Positions 1 through 12,596 of a DNA stretch of 64,000 nucleotides are shown here, one piece after another; within the stretch, counting starts at the first letter, position 1; every line of letters starts with the position of its first letter. Position numbers and translations under genes: made by a program. Source of the DNA: a virus; the IMG/VR virus record IMGVR_UViG_3300009788_000088, one strand, 5' to 3'. The notes beneath the pieces are model-generated. The model was not told where the DNA came from. It ran no database searches and saw only the letters and a list, made by a program, of their open reading frames with translations.

Positions 1-1678
1 AAAAACTTCTCCATCAAGACTTGGGTTAGATTAATAATCTGGTTCTGATACCCCGCCCTAATTCTTTGATTCTTGGTCATTTTGATTTTCTTTTTCCGTC
101 CCTGTTTTCCGGCCATGATGAACCTCCTTTTCAAAATTACATAAACACCCAATCACCAGTGGACCACTTTCTATATTGATAAGCTCCACATCGATCACAT
201 GTTCGACTACACCCACATTTTTCCACGTCCCACTTATGACGAATTATACAAAGAAATTTCATGTTGTTGATTCCTTCTTATATTGTTTTATAAGATTGTT
301 TATCTTCTTCCCCCAAACAGTATTTTTAAACGGTGAACACATTAGGGTTATTCGAATCATCTCCAAGAAAGTTTCTGCACGTTCCGCTCTTGAAAATTCC
401 TTTACATAATTAATAGATAGTTCATCTGGTTGAAACCAGTTATCATGAGACATTATTTCTCCCTCAAGGGCCAGACCTCATGGAATACTTCCCAGAAGAT
501 TTTAGCGTTATCAAGAAGGTGCCATATGGCCATATCTCTGCGCCCGGAATCAGTGATGTCCATTTGCCGGAAAGCTTTATGGAATTGGAAAGGATGTCCT
601 TGGTCCAATAACAGCAATACGTTCTCCCGTTCACTTTCCAATAAACACCATAATGCCAGTTCGTGGCTCTCCGGTGGAAGCAGATTTTTGGTAGCCTTTT
701 TTAAAAGGTCAAGAAATCGTTCGCCGTTTGTCATAAAAACCTCCCATTAACCCATTTTTCTTGGACAATATCAAGACCATCTATTTTGAAAAGGGTGGGG
801 TCATCATCTCCATCGAATAGAACAATAGCCCACTGTTGGTCGGTTACACAGATTCTTCCATAATATTGCCCCTCCCTACCTTCATCATAAAAGCCGGAAG
901 CTATACGACATTTTTTAGAAAAATCTCCTTCAAAATTATATTCGATTTTTTGTTTCATGGGCTATTCCCCCTTCTCGCTCTGGCCCTTATCATATCTTGT
1001 CTTTCAAAATCACACCCAGCTAAATGAAGAGGTGCTTGGGCCAGACACACCACACACCGAATAAACCTTTTCTTTTGAGTGAGATTTATCCATTCATACC
1101 GGATCACGACAAAAGATTTACAGGACACGGCCGTCTTCAACTCCCGGACCCGGCGCTTTAGTTGTCTTACCGCCATCATAAGTATAATAACAGCGAATGT
1201 CAATAGGATTGTGGCCGTTGTTACAGTGGCGAAGTAAGCAACTCCAATAGCGTCAATCATTTGTCCACCTCATCTCCGAAAGTCAATCCCATATAGTAAG
1301 CGTCATCTGGATTGAACTTAGCCGCCCAGTATGTCTTAAGTTCGGCTAGTTCGTTGGCGTCCACCATACTCTCTGTCTCCCATTGGTGGAAGCGCATATT
1401 CTGATGGAATTTCACCCCAAGGGTACACTTAACAGGTATCCTGATAGGACACTTTTTCTCCCGCAATTCATCAAGGCTAAGTGTTTCACTTATCCAAATT
1501 CTGTTTCTCATGACCTTGAAAGAGTTAGAGTCCCACGCTGGAACACACACTATGATGTAATCTTCTCCAACCTCTTCAATCCGGACAAGGCTCCGGTATA
1601 ATTTATTTTCTTTCTTTTCCTCTGGAGAAGCATCATCCGGATCACCTACTCCTCTTCTAAACCAATCGTGTTCTTTTG

Positions 1679-2137
1679 TCATAACAGACCCAGTGCCTCC
1701 TTGTCAGTGGTGGTGAGTTTGGCCAACGCCTGTTTTTGGAGTTTATTCTTGGCAAGCTCTTTCTCAGCTAAATCACCTCGTGTCAAGGTAACGCTCCCGT
1801 AATAGTTGCAATCCTTGACGATAACTTTATCAGCCATGTCTCCCAAAGCTTCTGTGAAGAACTTAATACGCTGGGGTCTGTTCATACCCCATGTACCCGA
1901 ATCGATATTAAACATGACGTTGACTTCTGTCTTAACCGGGTCATACACTTCCGGCCGCTCTATCTTTTCGAACTTGAGTTGATAGAACTGGCGGTCTGCC
2001 AGATGAAATGCAATATCCACCCAATGACCGTACCACGTGCCAAGGTGACGTTGGCTCCTGCCCTCACAGTCCCCGTCCGTGGTTACTTCCCAGTACCCAA
2101 CTGGATTGAGATATTTTTCTTCATCTTTGTCAGCCAT
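1679..2137 (-). CDS. hypothetical phage protein
   Basis: 152 aa ORF, AAAGGAGGT RBS, overlaps next gene. Confidence 0.7.
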   Translation of the reverse strand: MADKDEEKYLNPVGYWEVTTDGDCEGRSQRHLGTWYGHWVDIAFHLADRQFYQLKFEKIERPEVYDPVKTEVNVMFNIDSGTWGMNRPQRIKFFTEALGDMADKVIVKDCNYYGSVTLTRGDLAEKELAKNKLQKQALAKLTTTDKEALGLL

Positions 2138-2769
2138 GATGAACCTCCTTTACAAATTTACAATGGTTCCAAATTCTTTTCAAAGTACGTTCTGGTAACT
2201 AACCACTGGTCAGTGTGACAGTCCGGATCACGAGCAACCATATCACCTTCTCTGGGTGTGATTTCCGGACTTACGGATATTTTGCTCAAGTCTTCTCCGG
2301 GGATGTAAGGTCTCATTTCGCTTGGTTGTATGTTTGTTCTTCGATACTTTTTCCACGGCATGGTTTTTCTCCTTTGGAAGTTCAATTACAATTGTGTCAA
2401 GCGTCTTGCCGTGTTCTACAAGACAGTCAGCACACCAAACGGTTGCGCCAGTATATCCCCGGCCACACATGGGGTTATTTGATGGACAACAATTAGGGAG
2501 CAGGGGGTACTCCAAACAAAAAGAGGGCTCCCATTATTATAAAAAAGATAACAGCCAGCCATGCTACCCACGGTGTAGTTCTAAACCCGCTCATATCCCA
2601 CGCATCATACGGGCGTCTTTCCTCTAGTTTTCTTTTCATGATCATTAGGGTCCGAGTGGAAGACGTTCATTAATTATAGATTCTAATATCAGAACTCTTG
2701 ACAGAAGCTCGTCAATAATTCTTTGTAATATATGTGGGTCTTGTGTTGGATACATGTTTTTCTCCTTTT

Positions 2770-2798
2770 ATAATACCACAGTTATACAGGGTTGTTAT
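2770..2798 (-). promoter_or_regulatory. class 2 promoter (ATAACA-N17-TATTAT, extended -10 TG)
   Basis: Same architecture as sites at 25429, 26416, 57389, 58679; RBS and ATG (2755) follow. Confidence 0.5.
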
Positions 2799-3481
2799 GA
2801 ATTTTTTCCAGATTATGAGTGCTGGTATGAATCCATTCCCCAGTAGCCAAAAGAATATTACCTTTTTTGACTTCATCAACCATAGAAATCACTGGTATCA
2901 ACGACCCTTTAGCGTGGTAACTGATTTTCAAACCAACCAAGGGCTTTAAAGCCCTTGGCCATTTGATAAATGGTAGTGATGGTCTACTATACGTTAGTGC
3001 TCTCATGTCGCCTCCTCTTTCAATCTATGCTTATTTAGAAGCTGTTCTATGTTTTTCCATAAGTGCAACTTTCCTTGTCTTTCAAGGTGCTCTGCCCATT
3101 CAATATCACTGACACTACAGACAAAAGTTGCCACGACTTCCTCTTCATGCTCTGGAGTATCATAAGTATTTTTTATTGGATCGTACCATCCTAATGCTAG
3201 TGCATTTTCTACTGCATCTTCACACCCGCATTTTAGGCAGTATGCTCCGGGCCATCCAGACCATCTATGATTATTCATACCCATTCTCCACACTGTAAGT
3301 AGGGGTTCTCATTTCGGTTTCCCTATATGAGCGATCCACATAAATATCCACCCGAACGTCATTAGTACAAATGGGTAGGGATATGTGTCTGGACGGCCAA
3401 TGAAGATTAATCCGAGGATACCAAACAAACCACCAAAAGCCAAAAATATAATATTAAGTTCTTTCTCAATACTCTTCATTA

Positions 3482-4645
3482 TTACTCCTTTGATATTAAT
3501 TCTTCGGGCCAAGGTACATAATGCTCAGGGCTCAGGAAACAATTTTCACAGGCGAATTCCTTACCATCGATTCCGGCGGAATAAGATGCCCCAAACGGAA
3601 GTTCTTTTTTACAGTGTATACATGTTACTATTTTCAACACCCTCCCAAAATACTTTTTCAATTTAGCTTCTGAAGGAGTTTTCATTCTTGAACCATCTTC
3701 AAGAATCACCTTGTGGAAGGTCAAGGGGAAACTGTTGTAAGGTGTCCACCCTCTAACTGCATAAACTATTTTGTTTTCAACGATGAAGCTCACACCGCTT
3801 GTCCACTTGAAAAGAAGTGTTGATCTCCAAAGCTCACCGTGCGTTGTTACTTCGAAATCACCGGGGATATTATCCACAATACTCAGAAGCTTTCCGGTTA
3901 CCTTATAAATAAATCTTGCAACAGCCTCTTCACCATCTCTTTTAACAGCCGCTTTCAGAAGTGTTTTCCACTCAGGCTTCAGGGTGTAAACTTTGGGAGA
4001 AGCTATCTTGTTGCTGTACATCCCCATGTGAACACTATCAACCAGTCTTGCAAAAAGAGAATAGTAGTGGTTGTTCCTGTTCCACTTGGGAGAATAACTT
4101 TTGGTGTAAGGAATAACCAGAATGTCTTCAGCTATCCGGAATTCCCGGATAGCTCCGAAAACTCTCTTACGGTAGTCAGCTTCGATCCTTTTTCTCCAGA
4201 CCTCAGAAATGTCAGTCACTAATTTTTCAACCCTTGCCCTACCCGTGTCACTTACACTCAGTTCAAGCTCAACTCTTTCGATATCAGCCTTGGCTTTCTT
4301 TGACAGGGGTTTGGTAACGACTGCATCTTTGATCTCGTTTCTGAGAGCCTTGAGCTTCAGAATCCTCTCAACGGCTTCATTATAATCTTCATTGAGATTG
4401 AGGTTTTCAACCTTGAAGTTGTGAACATAATCGGGGAAGTCCCAGTAAAGATCATCGTAGTAATCAGCCTTTGTCGGCTCTGCCTCTCTCTTAACCAGAA
4501 AATCCTTCATGAGTTCACTTCGAACTGCATCGTATTCACGGCTGACCAACTCATTGGCTCTTTTCTTAGCCGCCATGGAAGTGAAGCCAGCATTTAAAAA
4601 CTCTCGTGCTTTCTCACTTCGTTTTGTGTTGGTTGTGGTTTTCAT
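3482..4645 (-). CDS. hypothetical early protein (387 aa, C-terminal CxxC...CxxC)
   Basis: Long ORF coupled to upstream gene. Confidence 0.75.
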   Translation of the reverse strand: MKTTTNTKRSEKAREFLNAGFTSMAAKKRANELVSREYDAVRSELMKDFLVKREAEPTKADYYDDLYWDFPDYVHNFKVENLNLNEDYNEAVERILKLKALRNEIKDAVVTKPLSKKAKADIERVELELSVSDTGRARVEKLVTDISEVWRKRIEADYRKRVFGAIREFRIAEDILVIPYTKSYSPKWNRNNHYYSLFARLVDSVHMGMYSNKIASPKVYTLKPEWKTLLKAAVKRDGEEAVARFIYKVTGKLLSIVDNIPGDFEVTTHGELWRSTLLFKWTSGVSFIVENKIVYAVRGWTPYNSFPLTFHKVILEDGSRMKTPSEAKLKKYFGRVLKIVTCIHCKKELPFGASYSAGIDGKEFACENCFLSPEHYVPWPEELISKE

Positions 4646-5130
4646 AACAGCCCTTTTTCATCAAGTTCTTTCTTGATTGCTTCTCTCTCATCCCGGCTCA
4701 TATTCATCACGGTGTTGATGACCCCGTAACAGTGTGGCCAAGCATCATGACAGATAGCGGCAACAACCATGAAGTAGGGAAGTTTGGTCCCCCAGTAGGC
4801 TCTGTCTTCCGGGTCCGAAAGAGTCACATCAACAGCCTCTTCGGTATCTGAATCAAAGTTCCATCCATGATGTATTGGTAAAGAAATATTGGGAATGTCA
4901 GTATACCCTTCACAATAAATATATCGTGGGGTTTCTTCTAAGCTATTATTGTAACACTTGTTGTTGAAAGTCTTTCCCCGGTCCTCATGTCTGACAACGG
5001 GATAGGCAACAGCTTTCTCAGTAGCCCAAGTAATAGGATTCCAACCGAAGTTATCTGGGATAGGTATCACGCTACTTGCAAAATTGACATACTCTTTGAA
5101 AGCTTCAATTCTTTTTGTCTTGTCTGTCAT
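4642..5130 (-). CDS. transglutaminase/papain-like fold protein (putative)
   Basis: KCYNNS...YCEGY...HHGWN...VDVT resembles a Cys-His-Asp triad; first gene after early promoter. Confidence 0.45.
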   Translation of the reverse strand: MTDKTKRIEAFKEYVNFASSVIPIPDNFGWNPITWATEKAVAYPVVRHEDRGKTFNNKCYNNSLEETPRYIYCEGYTDIPNISLPIHHGWNFDSDTEEAVDVTLSDPEDRAYWGTKLPYFMVVAAICHDAWPHCYGVINTVMNMSRDEREAIKKELDEKGLL

Positions 5131-5137
5131 TAACTCT

Positions 5138-5179
5138 TACCTCCACTTACAATATAACCTTTTTAGGCGGAGATGTCAA
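5138..5179 (-). promoter_or_regulatory. early sigma70-type promoter with 5' GGAGGT
   Basis: TTGACA-N17-TATATT-gtaagt-GGAGGTA. Confidence 0.85.
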
Positions 5180-5450
5180 TTAAAATACTACTCTTTTTTA
5201 AGAGAATGGTTGTGTCGTGGGATCATAGCATAACGAGAAGGAAGAGACGGAAGGGGGCGCATTTTTACAGGCTTATCACATCCCGGACAAGCGTAACGGT
5301 TAGTCTCTTTATCATAATCCCCCATGAAAGTTCCAACCTCCCCATAAATCATAGTAGTGCCGCTCCACGGACACTTCTTCCGGCGGCGCTCTATACTAAG
5401 TGCTAATAAATATCTTTCATGATCTGTTAAACCACATTTAACCATATAGT

Positions 5451-5750
5451 TCACCTTTCTTTAAAGTATTTACGGAAACCAAGTCCGAGCAAATTATGAC
5501 CATATCCGTCCTCGTAATCAAATAACGATGACCGGTGTTCAAAATATATATCTACGGTCCACTCGCCCAAATCAATTGTATAACCCGCACCAAAATCCAT
5601 TAAGGGATTGGTCCCACAATATTCTGGGCAATCCATTGGCATTGAATGAAAAGCGATTCCTCCCTGAATATAAAACCCATCATCAGCAACCGCATATACG
5701 GGAATGATTAGACAAATCAAAATTATAATTAGAATATTCTTAATCATCAT
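5451..5750 (-). CDS. secreted outer-membrane beta-strand protein (PagL-like H-x-S motif)
   Basis: Signal peptide ending AVA; alternating aromatic/Gly strands; EHRSS; near-terminal GFRKYF. Confidence 0.5.
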   Translation of the reverse strand: MMIKNILIIILICLIIPVYAVADDGFYIQGGIAFHSMPMDCPEYCGTNPLMDFGAGYTIDLGEWTVDIYFEHRSSLFDYEDGYGHNLLGLGFRKYFKER

Positions 5751-5889
5751 AACCCCCTTAATGTTTTCGGGAAGTAATCATACCCGCAGTCAAAGTAGTG
5801 ATCCAGACACTGTACCCACCAACCGTCTGGGTCCGGCGTTGCTAATGCCAGACCCCGACACGCTGGGCAAGTTGTGTAGATGAGTTTTA

Positions 5890-6303
5890 TTAATACTCAT
5901 CTGGGAAGAGAAGGGTGGCAACGAACTTGTCACCGTAGTCATCAATCTTCAACCACATCTTCTTGACCTTCATGATCTCAGTCAAGGTCGTGATGACTTT
6001 ATCCTCTTCCAGCGGACCTTCCACACCATCCTTATCCATGGTGTAACCAGCGGCACGGAATGTAAGTTTACCACCTTCGGCCCACTCAAGGACTATCATG
6101 TCCACGGGGAACTTCAGGAAAGCTTTAATAGCCTCTCCCAACCACATACCGCCTTCCACTGGGCCGTACTCAGCATCCACCCCGGCGGTCATGTATGCTT
6201 CTATGGGCTTACCGCCCGGTCCTTTGACTTTAGTGAACATAGCCACGGTCTCCTTTCTTTGGGAAATAAAAATCGTTGGGTTTGATTCTTTCAAGGTCTG
6301 CAT
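5890..6303 (-). CDS. hypothetical protein
   Basis: 137 aa ORF ending LLFPDEY; true start may be internal. Confidence 0.6.
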   Translation of the reverse strand: MQTLKESNPTIFISQRKETVAMFTKVKGPGGKPIEAYMTAGVDAEYGPVEGGMWLGEAIKAFLKFPVDMIVLEWAEGGKLTFRAAGYTMDKDGVEGPLEEDKVITTLTEIMKVKKMWLKIDDYGDKFVATLLFPDEY

Positions 6304-6564
6304 CCGTGGCCAGCCGTGCCGTCCATCGGAGATTTCGCCTTCTACCTTCCTCCATATGAGACCTTCTTAATTCCAATGCATACCGGAGATTACAACACCT
6401 GATTGAATCCCACAAGAGCCTGTCACCATAATAAGCATAAGCTCCATGAACATTAACCAGTTTAGTGTCAGGGGACAGAGCCTTCAGGAGCCGGGTATTA
6501 ACCACGAAGTACCCGTATTCTTTTTCAGTCTCGGTCAGATTCTTGGCATACTTGCTGAGGTCCA

Positions 6565-6759
6565 TCAGATGATCCCTTCCTTCTTGAGCTTCCGTAAACA
6601 CACTTTACAGGTCACTATGAGTCTTTCGTTGGTGAATTCGTGCTTTGCGAATCTGGCTCTTCGGCCGGTACAATAGAAATGCATGTTTGGGGCATAATGG
6701 GTGGGCTTTCGTTCTCTTGGTTCATCGCTTGCCCAGTTACCGAATACCATTCTTGCCAT
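6565..6759 (-). CDS. small H-C-CxxC zinc-finger protein
   Basis: HY...C...VTCKVC; ATG 6759 after GGAGG. Confidence 0.6.
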   Translation of the reverse strand: MARMVFGNWASDEPRERKPTHYAPNMHFYCTGRRARFAKHEFTNERLIVTCKVCLRKLKKEGII

Positions 6760-6765
6760 CGTTAT

Positions 6766-6807
6766 TACCTCCACCTATAATATAACCAATTAAGCGGTGA
6801 ATGTCAA
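6766..6807 (-). promoter_or_regulatory. early promoter
   Basis: TTGACA-N17-TATATT-ataggt-GGAGGTA. Confidence 0.85.
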
Positions 6808-7361
6808 GGAAAATACTATCAGATTATATCCACCTCTTAGCAAACCAAATTCCATATGGTTTCGACTCTACGAACTCTTCTTCCCAAACAGCAAACTCTA
6901 ACCAACGTCTTACACCATCAATGATTTTTGGGAACAAGAGATATTGTCCCACTGTACGGCGATCCCCATTTTTCGGCAATACTTTTTTCATCAGATAACA
7001 CCTTTCTTATGTGATTCCCTGATAAACGCTTTAGCGAAGTTCACACCCCAGAACGTTGCGAAGGGTTCAAACTTGTTACCCACTCTCCGAAAGATCGTCT
7101 TCCGGTTGTATTTGTCAGTGGTGATGACCGCCCTGAGTTTCTCGGCCTCATCGTAGAAGCCCCAGAAGGCACCGAATTTGATGTACCCAATACCCCATGA
7201 CCAACTCTTCTCCGGGCGTTTAATGACTAGGAATTTCATGAGGTCTCTGTTGTGCAGTTTTCACAGCCGGTACATTTAACAATCCACGGCCCGACAGCAT
7301 CGGAAGATATCTTATCCAAATCTATTTTCTTGTCTCCGTTACATTTTAAGTTTTTCATTAT

Positions 7362-7403
7362 TACCTCCACTTATAATATAACCAATTTAGAGGTATATGT
7401 CAA
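7362..7403 (-). promoter_or_regulatory. early promoter
   Basis: TTGACA-N17-TATATT-ataagt-GGAGGTA. Confidence 0.85.
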
Positions 7404-9360
7404 GAAAAATAGTTATATTGTTGAGTGATTTCCACGCTCCATAATGGTGGCGTATTCTTCTTCTGTCATGAGGCTGAGAAGTTCTACCATACAACGAAGC
7501 TCAGGACACCCATTCTTTTCGGTTGGTCCCAAGTTGGGAAGCGTAGCGCCGTACTTACAATCACAGAACGATGGAGGGGGAGTTATTGTTCCTTGAACAA
7601 CAATACCATAAGGATCATATCCACAGAAGCTCCGTTGAGTACGGTGTAAAAAACCCTTTAAATGATTTTTATCTTTAATAAACATGATACCTCCTTATAC
7701 GCACAGTCAGGTTAATCTGCGTATAACTATCCAATTATCACTTTGACGATTAAAACAATAGGAGTAAAAAAGGCGGCCACCAAACATCCCATAAATAAAA
7801 CTGTCCCCACAATAATCCCCAGTTTCAGGAACACATAAAGAAGTTGGCGTCCTATCATCTTGATTTTTTTAAACATCAGTTTAACCTCTCAATTCTCCAG
7901 CGCCGTCCTGACAGGATCAAACCAACGAAACGCCAGAACGACACTTGTTCGGGCTCACCTACCACCCCCATAAGATCACGGGCCTTACTGCCAGTAGATT
8001 TAAAACCATAATATTCAAACATCAGTTATCTCCACAGTGATACGGACCTTTTTGCTCCCGTCCAGTATCATATCGTGTAAAGGACTTAAGATTTCAGTTG
8101 TAAGTTCCTCTACGGTATCATTGATGTCGTTCACCTCCAGCACGTGGACCTTTATCTTATCCAACATGGCATTCTCCTTTATGACTGATTTTATCATATG
8201 CCATATAATATAAAGACACACATACATGCCTATGATACAACCAATCAATAATAACAAAATAAATATTCTTTCCATCATGACGCTTTCCTTCTGAAAATTT
8301 TTGGTTTTGGGTGGTGATTGTGATCCAAGTCATGATAAGCTGGCCGGGGCCTTGTAAATTCATACCAGTGCCACAACAACCAACCCACCACCCCATCCTT
8401 GAAAGGATAGACCTTCATGACGCTTTCCTCCTACTCAAATGCCACGTTCTGACCGAATTTATGGAATTACCGATACGCTGAATCTCTCCCCAGACGATAT
8501 CCCCCTCCTTCGCCTCGTTGGAATGATGAAGCTCCGGCCACTCACTCCGGGCTATTTCGGAATGAGGTTCCAGTACACAGAAACTCAGTTGACAGTACGG
8601 TCCAAGTTCTGGTTCTATTTGAGCCTCATGGAACATACATAAACTTTTATAACACTCAATCATTGTTTAGCTCCACAATTCCAACACGGATATTGGTTTA
8701 CCCCATAGCCGCATTTGTAACAAACAGCTTTCTTTATATGGTTAAATGCTGTTCTCTTTATAATTGAGTCTTCTTTCTCTTTTTCATTACGCCGTTGTTT
8801 TAACGTATACCAAGCCGCCGCCCCACCGCTCATTTTCACCCCTTATTTTATTGACAAGATAACATTTGTTGCATCCGCTGTGCTACTTTCTTTTGCTCTG
8901 TGGTTATCTGTTTCACACTTGTTCGTGCCTTGACAAGCTCATCATAATTGTGCCCACACACGGCCGAATAGGGGCAAGACCGGGAACTATTACTAGTATA
9001 CCAGAACTCTTCTGTGACCTTCCCTATACCACAAAAGATACGATCTTCCATAGGGTCTTTACTCTCCCCAGCAAAGAGAAAGTGATGACACCACGAACAA
9101 GCGCATTGGGTATAGATCGGGCGACAGAGATGGTATATAGCTTTACCCTGACAAGATGATATTCCCATGACAAGCTCCTTATAGATAGGTTATTGATTTA
9201 ATATCTTTTTCCTTAAGGATCATTTCTGAACCATCAAAGAAACAGATACGTTTGGCATCTTCTCGGTCCTTGTCGATAATATCCCGGACCACCCATACCT
9301 TTTGGTAAACCTTCCGGTTTCCGTTTTCCATTTGAACAATAACTTTACCGTACCGCATGG

Positions 9361-10332
9361 TTATTCTCCTTTTAAATTATCCATAAGTTCTTTGATACTA
9401 TCCCTTTCCTCTTCTTGCTGTTGTACAACTTCATCCCAGTAATCATCATCTATGTAAGATGTGATTTTGTCTTTGAGGATAGCGTTTAACGTTGGGGGAT
9501 TGATAGCATCAAGTTCCCATGACAGGGTGCCAAAAAGTTCAGCATATGTTTTGATGCGGCTATCCGTAAGTTTTGCGGGGTTCGGTGGTGGATTCATTTC
9601 ATGAACCTGATCCCGGTTAAGGGCTATCCGCTCAACAATGACACCCTCTTTCTCATATCGATGAAAAGTGGTTCTCAGCATTGCTTCATTACGATTGTAA
9701 TAATCGCTGATATTGCCCCACTCGTATAAACCTTCTCCGACAAATAGGTTCAACCGTTTCCAGATATCGAAGCTCATATCGATACCAGATGGGTCATGAT
9801 CACCCATATGAATCACCACTGGCTGTTTGTCCTCATTGATTGCTGTGAGCATCCTCTGACCCGCTCCCCATGCCTCTGATTGACTGGTATAACCACGGCA
9901 GGAGAAAAAGGGAACGTCAAGCTCTTTACATGTGTGTTCGATCACACCAAGAAGAGCATCTTTTTCAATCCAGACCTCTACGTAATAATCCTGTGTTGCC
10001 CACTTGTCACGGGCATAGGCGTGGTAAGCCGTTTTGATGATTGATTTGGGGTTAGTCCAATGAGAATTGGTCTGAACGTTCCGGGTCCGATCCTCAAGAG
10101 ATTTCCAGTTGATCATACCAGCCAACCGACCATCATTGATAATCGAACCCAGTCGCTTATATTCGGATTGCTTGTTGGCGATCAAATCACGGGCCACGAA
10201 TTGATAATAAAGCTGTCGAAGAGTGAGAGTATATCCCATCTCTTCATATTCGTTGATGATTTGGTTGGCAGTCTCTATGAGATGTAAAGACCCCGCTGAG
10301 AAACGTTTTGGTATATATTGTATAAAGCTCAT
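9361..10332 (-). CDS. TopoVI-A/Spo11-like wHTH-Toprim protein
   Basis: LTLRQLYY, VWIEKDAL, CRGYTS, GDHDPSG motifs. Confidence 0.75.
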   Translation of the reverse strand: MSFIQYIPKRFSAGSLHLIETANQIINEYEEMGYTLTLRQLYYQFVARDLIANKQSEYKRLGSIINDGRLAGMINWKSLEDRTRNVQTNSHWTNPKSIIKTAYHAYARDKWATQDYYVEVWIEKDALLGVIEHTCKELDVPFFSCRGYTSQSEAWGAGQRMLTAINEDKQPVVIHMGDHDPSGIDMSFDIWKRLNLFVGEGLYEWGNISDYYNRNEAMLRTTFHRYEKEGVIVERIALNRDQVHEMNPPPNPAKLTDSRIKTYAELFGTLSWELDAINPPTLNAILKDKITSYIDDDYWDEVVQQQEEERDSIKELMDNLKGE

Positions 10333-11773
10333 AATTTCTATCTCCTTAATCCATTATAGCATATTTCGCTTTGGAACGACAGCGCCATCGTTCATATGTC
10401 TGACGCTGTGAATCACCCTGCATGTGCTTCTTGATCTTCTTGATCTGTTTACTCTGTCTCTTCCGGATGGTCTGGGGCCGGGTAACGTGACCAAACCACT
10501 GATCAGAAATGTGGATCAGCTTCCCCCGGCGCATACGGTGGGGCTTACCATTTACCCAAATGATATGGTTATGGTCGGAGCTAGTATGGCTCACTTCATC
10601 TCCTTTTTAATTTTTGGTGGATACTCGTTGCTCCATTCCCCGCACAAGTGCCAAGGACTTTTTGTAATTGTTTTTGGATATCGAGAACAAGCAATGAATT
10701 TTCTTTCATCTGGCCCCGGCCTCAATATCCGCATTAACCCAAATATACAAGTTCCACATCTGACTTTCTCAGTTGCTTTCATCATCGTTCCCTCACTGCT
10801 TTAGACATTTCATGAAATGCTAAAGCCCTTGCCAGAATCTTTTCCTGTCTGGGTGTAGGAGACGTTACTAAAGAACGGTCATCGTTGATAAGATACCAAT
10901 TCTTCTCAGCGTTGGGGGTGAACATTCTGTATTGCTCATAGACAGAATCACCGTTTTTATCTATTTCAAATAACATGGACCCTTGGAAAGACTGATAGTT
11001 ATCCTGATACCAATCCAGTTCCCCCTCCAAGTATACAATCTTTTTGTAGACATCATTGACAACGGATGCCATACCTACCGCCAGTAGAACACAGATGATT
11101 AAAACAACGATAATGCCGATATTTTCCCAAATGCTTGAGATAAGTTTATTCATTAGAATCTTCCTCCTTACAATCTTCATCCAAGGTTCCTCCCGAATCT
11201 TCAAGAGCTTCTTCATAAGTTATGCCCAGCCGACGATAAGGATTTTCACCTTTATTGAGTTTTTCAAAGATGCCTCTCACATAAGCGGAAGCTTCTTCTT
11301 CAGCCTCTTTGACGAAGATTTTTTCAATTTCCTCCGCCGTGCAATCGTACCAGATGATTTCCCCGACGATGGAGGAATAGATACAATACAGTTCCACATT
11401 ACTATCAACCGAGGGTTGACGAATAATTTGTTTACTCACTTGATAACCTCCTTTTATATTTTGTACACGCTATCACAGGACCATATACTCCAACCCTGTC
11501 AGCATATTTCTCTGGTCTTTTACTTGTCTTGTCATCACAAATCTCTTCATAATAACAACTACTACAAATTTCTTTAGCCACCTGATAACCTCCTTACATA
11601 TTTCTCAGCGGCCGCCGCAAGGACGGCTCTGGAGGCGAACATCCTCAAGGGGTCAATACCTGTCCGGGAGACATAGATACCATATACCTTATACGCCATT
11701 GGTGTATCATCACCCGGACGTTCCTCCCTGAACATCCAGACACTTTTCTCTCCACAGAAGACGGGAACTCTTG

Positions 11774-12124
11774 TCATGCCGCCGCCCTTTCCCGACACCT
11801 CTCCCTCCATCTCATAGCACTCTCATTGTCAGTGGGGGTCAGGAGGTCCAGAATACGCTCAGGGCAGTCATAAGAGAATGGACCCATGGTCTCATCCATA
11901 TCCTTGTACCCGAACTCATACCCGTAATCTCTGGGCCTGTACGCCAGAAGGAAAATACAGGCGAAGACCTCATCTGGATTGTCAAGGTTCCGAGCGGCCA
12001 CGTAAGCGGTTGTTCGCTTGATCACGGCACATTCCAGAATTTCGAATTTGGGACCGAAGACACGTTCCGCAAGAAACTTCTTGATGGGTTCGCCTTTCGG
12101 TCTTGAAGTAAATGTCCAACCCAC
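11774..12124 (-). CDS. DUF6927-like protein
   Basis: MGW start; FGYKDMDETMGP..DCP..ILDLLTP. Confidence 0.55.
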   Translation of the reverse strand: MGWTFTSRPKGEPIKKFLAERVFGPKFEILECAVIKRTTAYVAARNLDNPDEVFACIFLLAYRPRDYGYEFGYKDMDETMGPFSYDCPERILDLLTPTDNESAMRWRERCRERAAA

Positions 12125-12134
12125 AATAAACCTC

Positions 12135-12596
12135 CTAGTCCATTCGGGAATTGGCGTAGGCCGTCATGCCAGTCTCGGTGAGAACTTTGGCAAAGGCATT
12201 AGCGAAAGCTTCTTTACGCTCCATGCTCTGGTCACCTTCCTTCACCCAGAAAGTATAACCACCATAATAGTGATCTTTCCGGAACCGGGTGTTAATGGTG
12301 GTGCCATCATGGGAATAATCATCACCCTTCTTGGCCAGACCAGCCTTGGCCAGAGAGTTGATGAACTTCAGTCCACCATTTCTGGACCTTACATTAACCC
12401 ATGCGAACCCGCACACGCCACCTTCCACGAAGTGAAGTTTGGCACCTTCTTTAAACTCATTGGAGAAGAGGTCTTTTGCTTCACCCACAACCATTGGTGT
12501 GGGTGTAGCCGCAATCAGCGCCGCTTCCCCGGCCGCCAGTGCCCTTTCGTAAAGAGCGACATCGGCCTTATTCTTTGCAGTCATTTTCGTTGCCAT
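12135..12596 (-). CDS. conserved hypothetical early protein
   Basis: GGVCGFAWV...QSMERKEAFA...SRMD; first gene after promoter. Confidence 0.7.
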   Translation of the reverse strand: MATKMTAKNKADVALYERALAAGEAALIAATPTPMVVGEAKDLFSNEFKEGAKLHFVEGGVCGFAWVNVRSRNGGLKFINSLAKAGLAKKGDDYSHDGTTINTRFRKDHYYGGYTFWVKEGDQSMERKEAFANAFAKVLTETGMTAYANSRMD

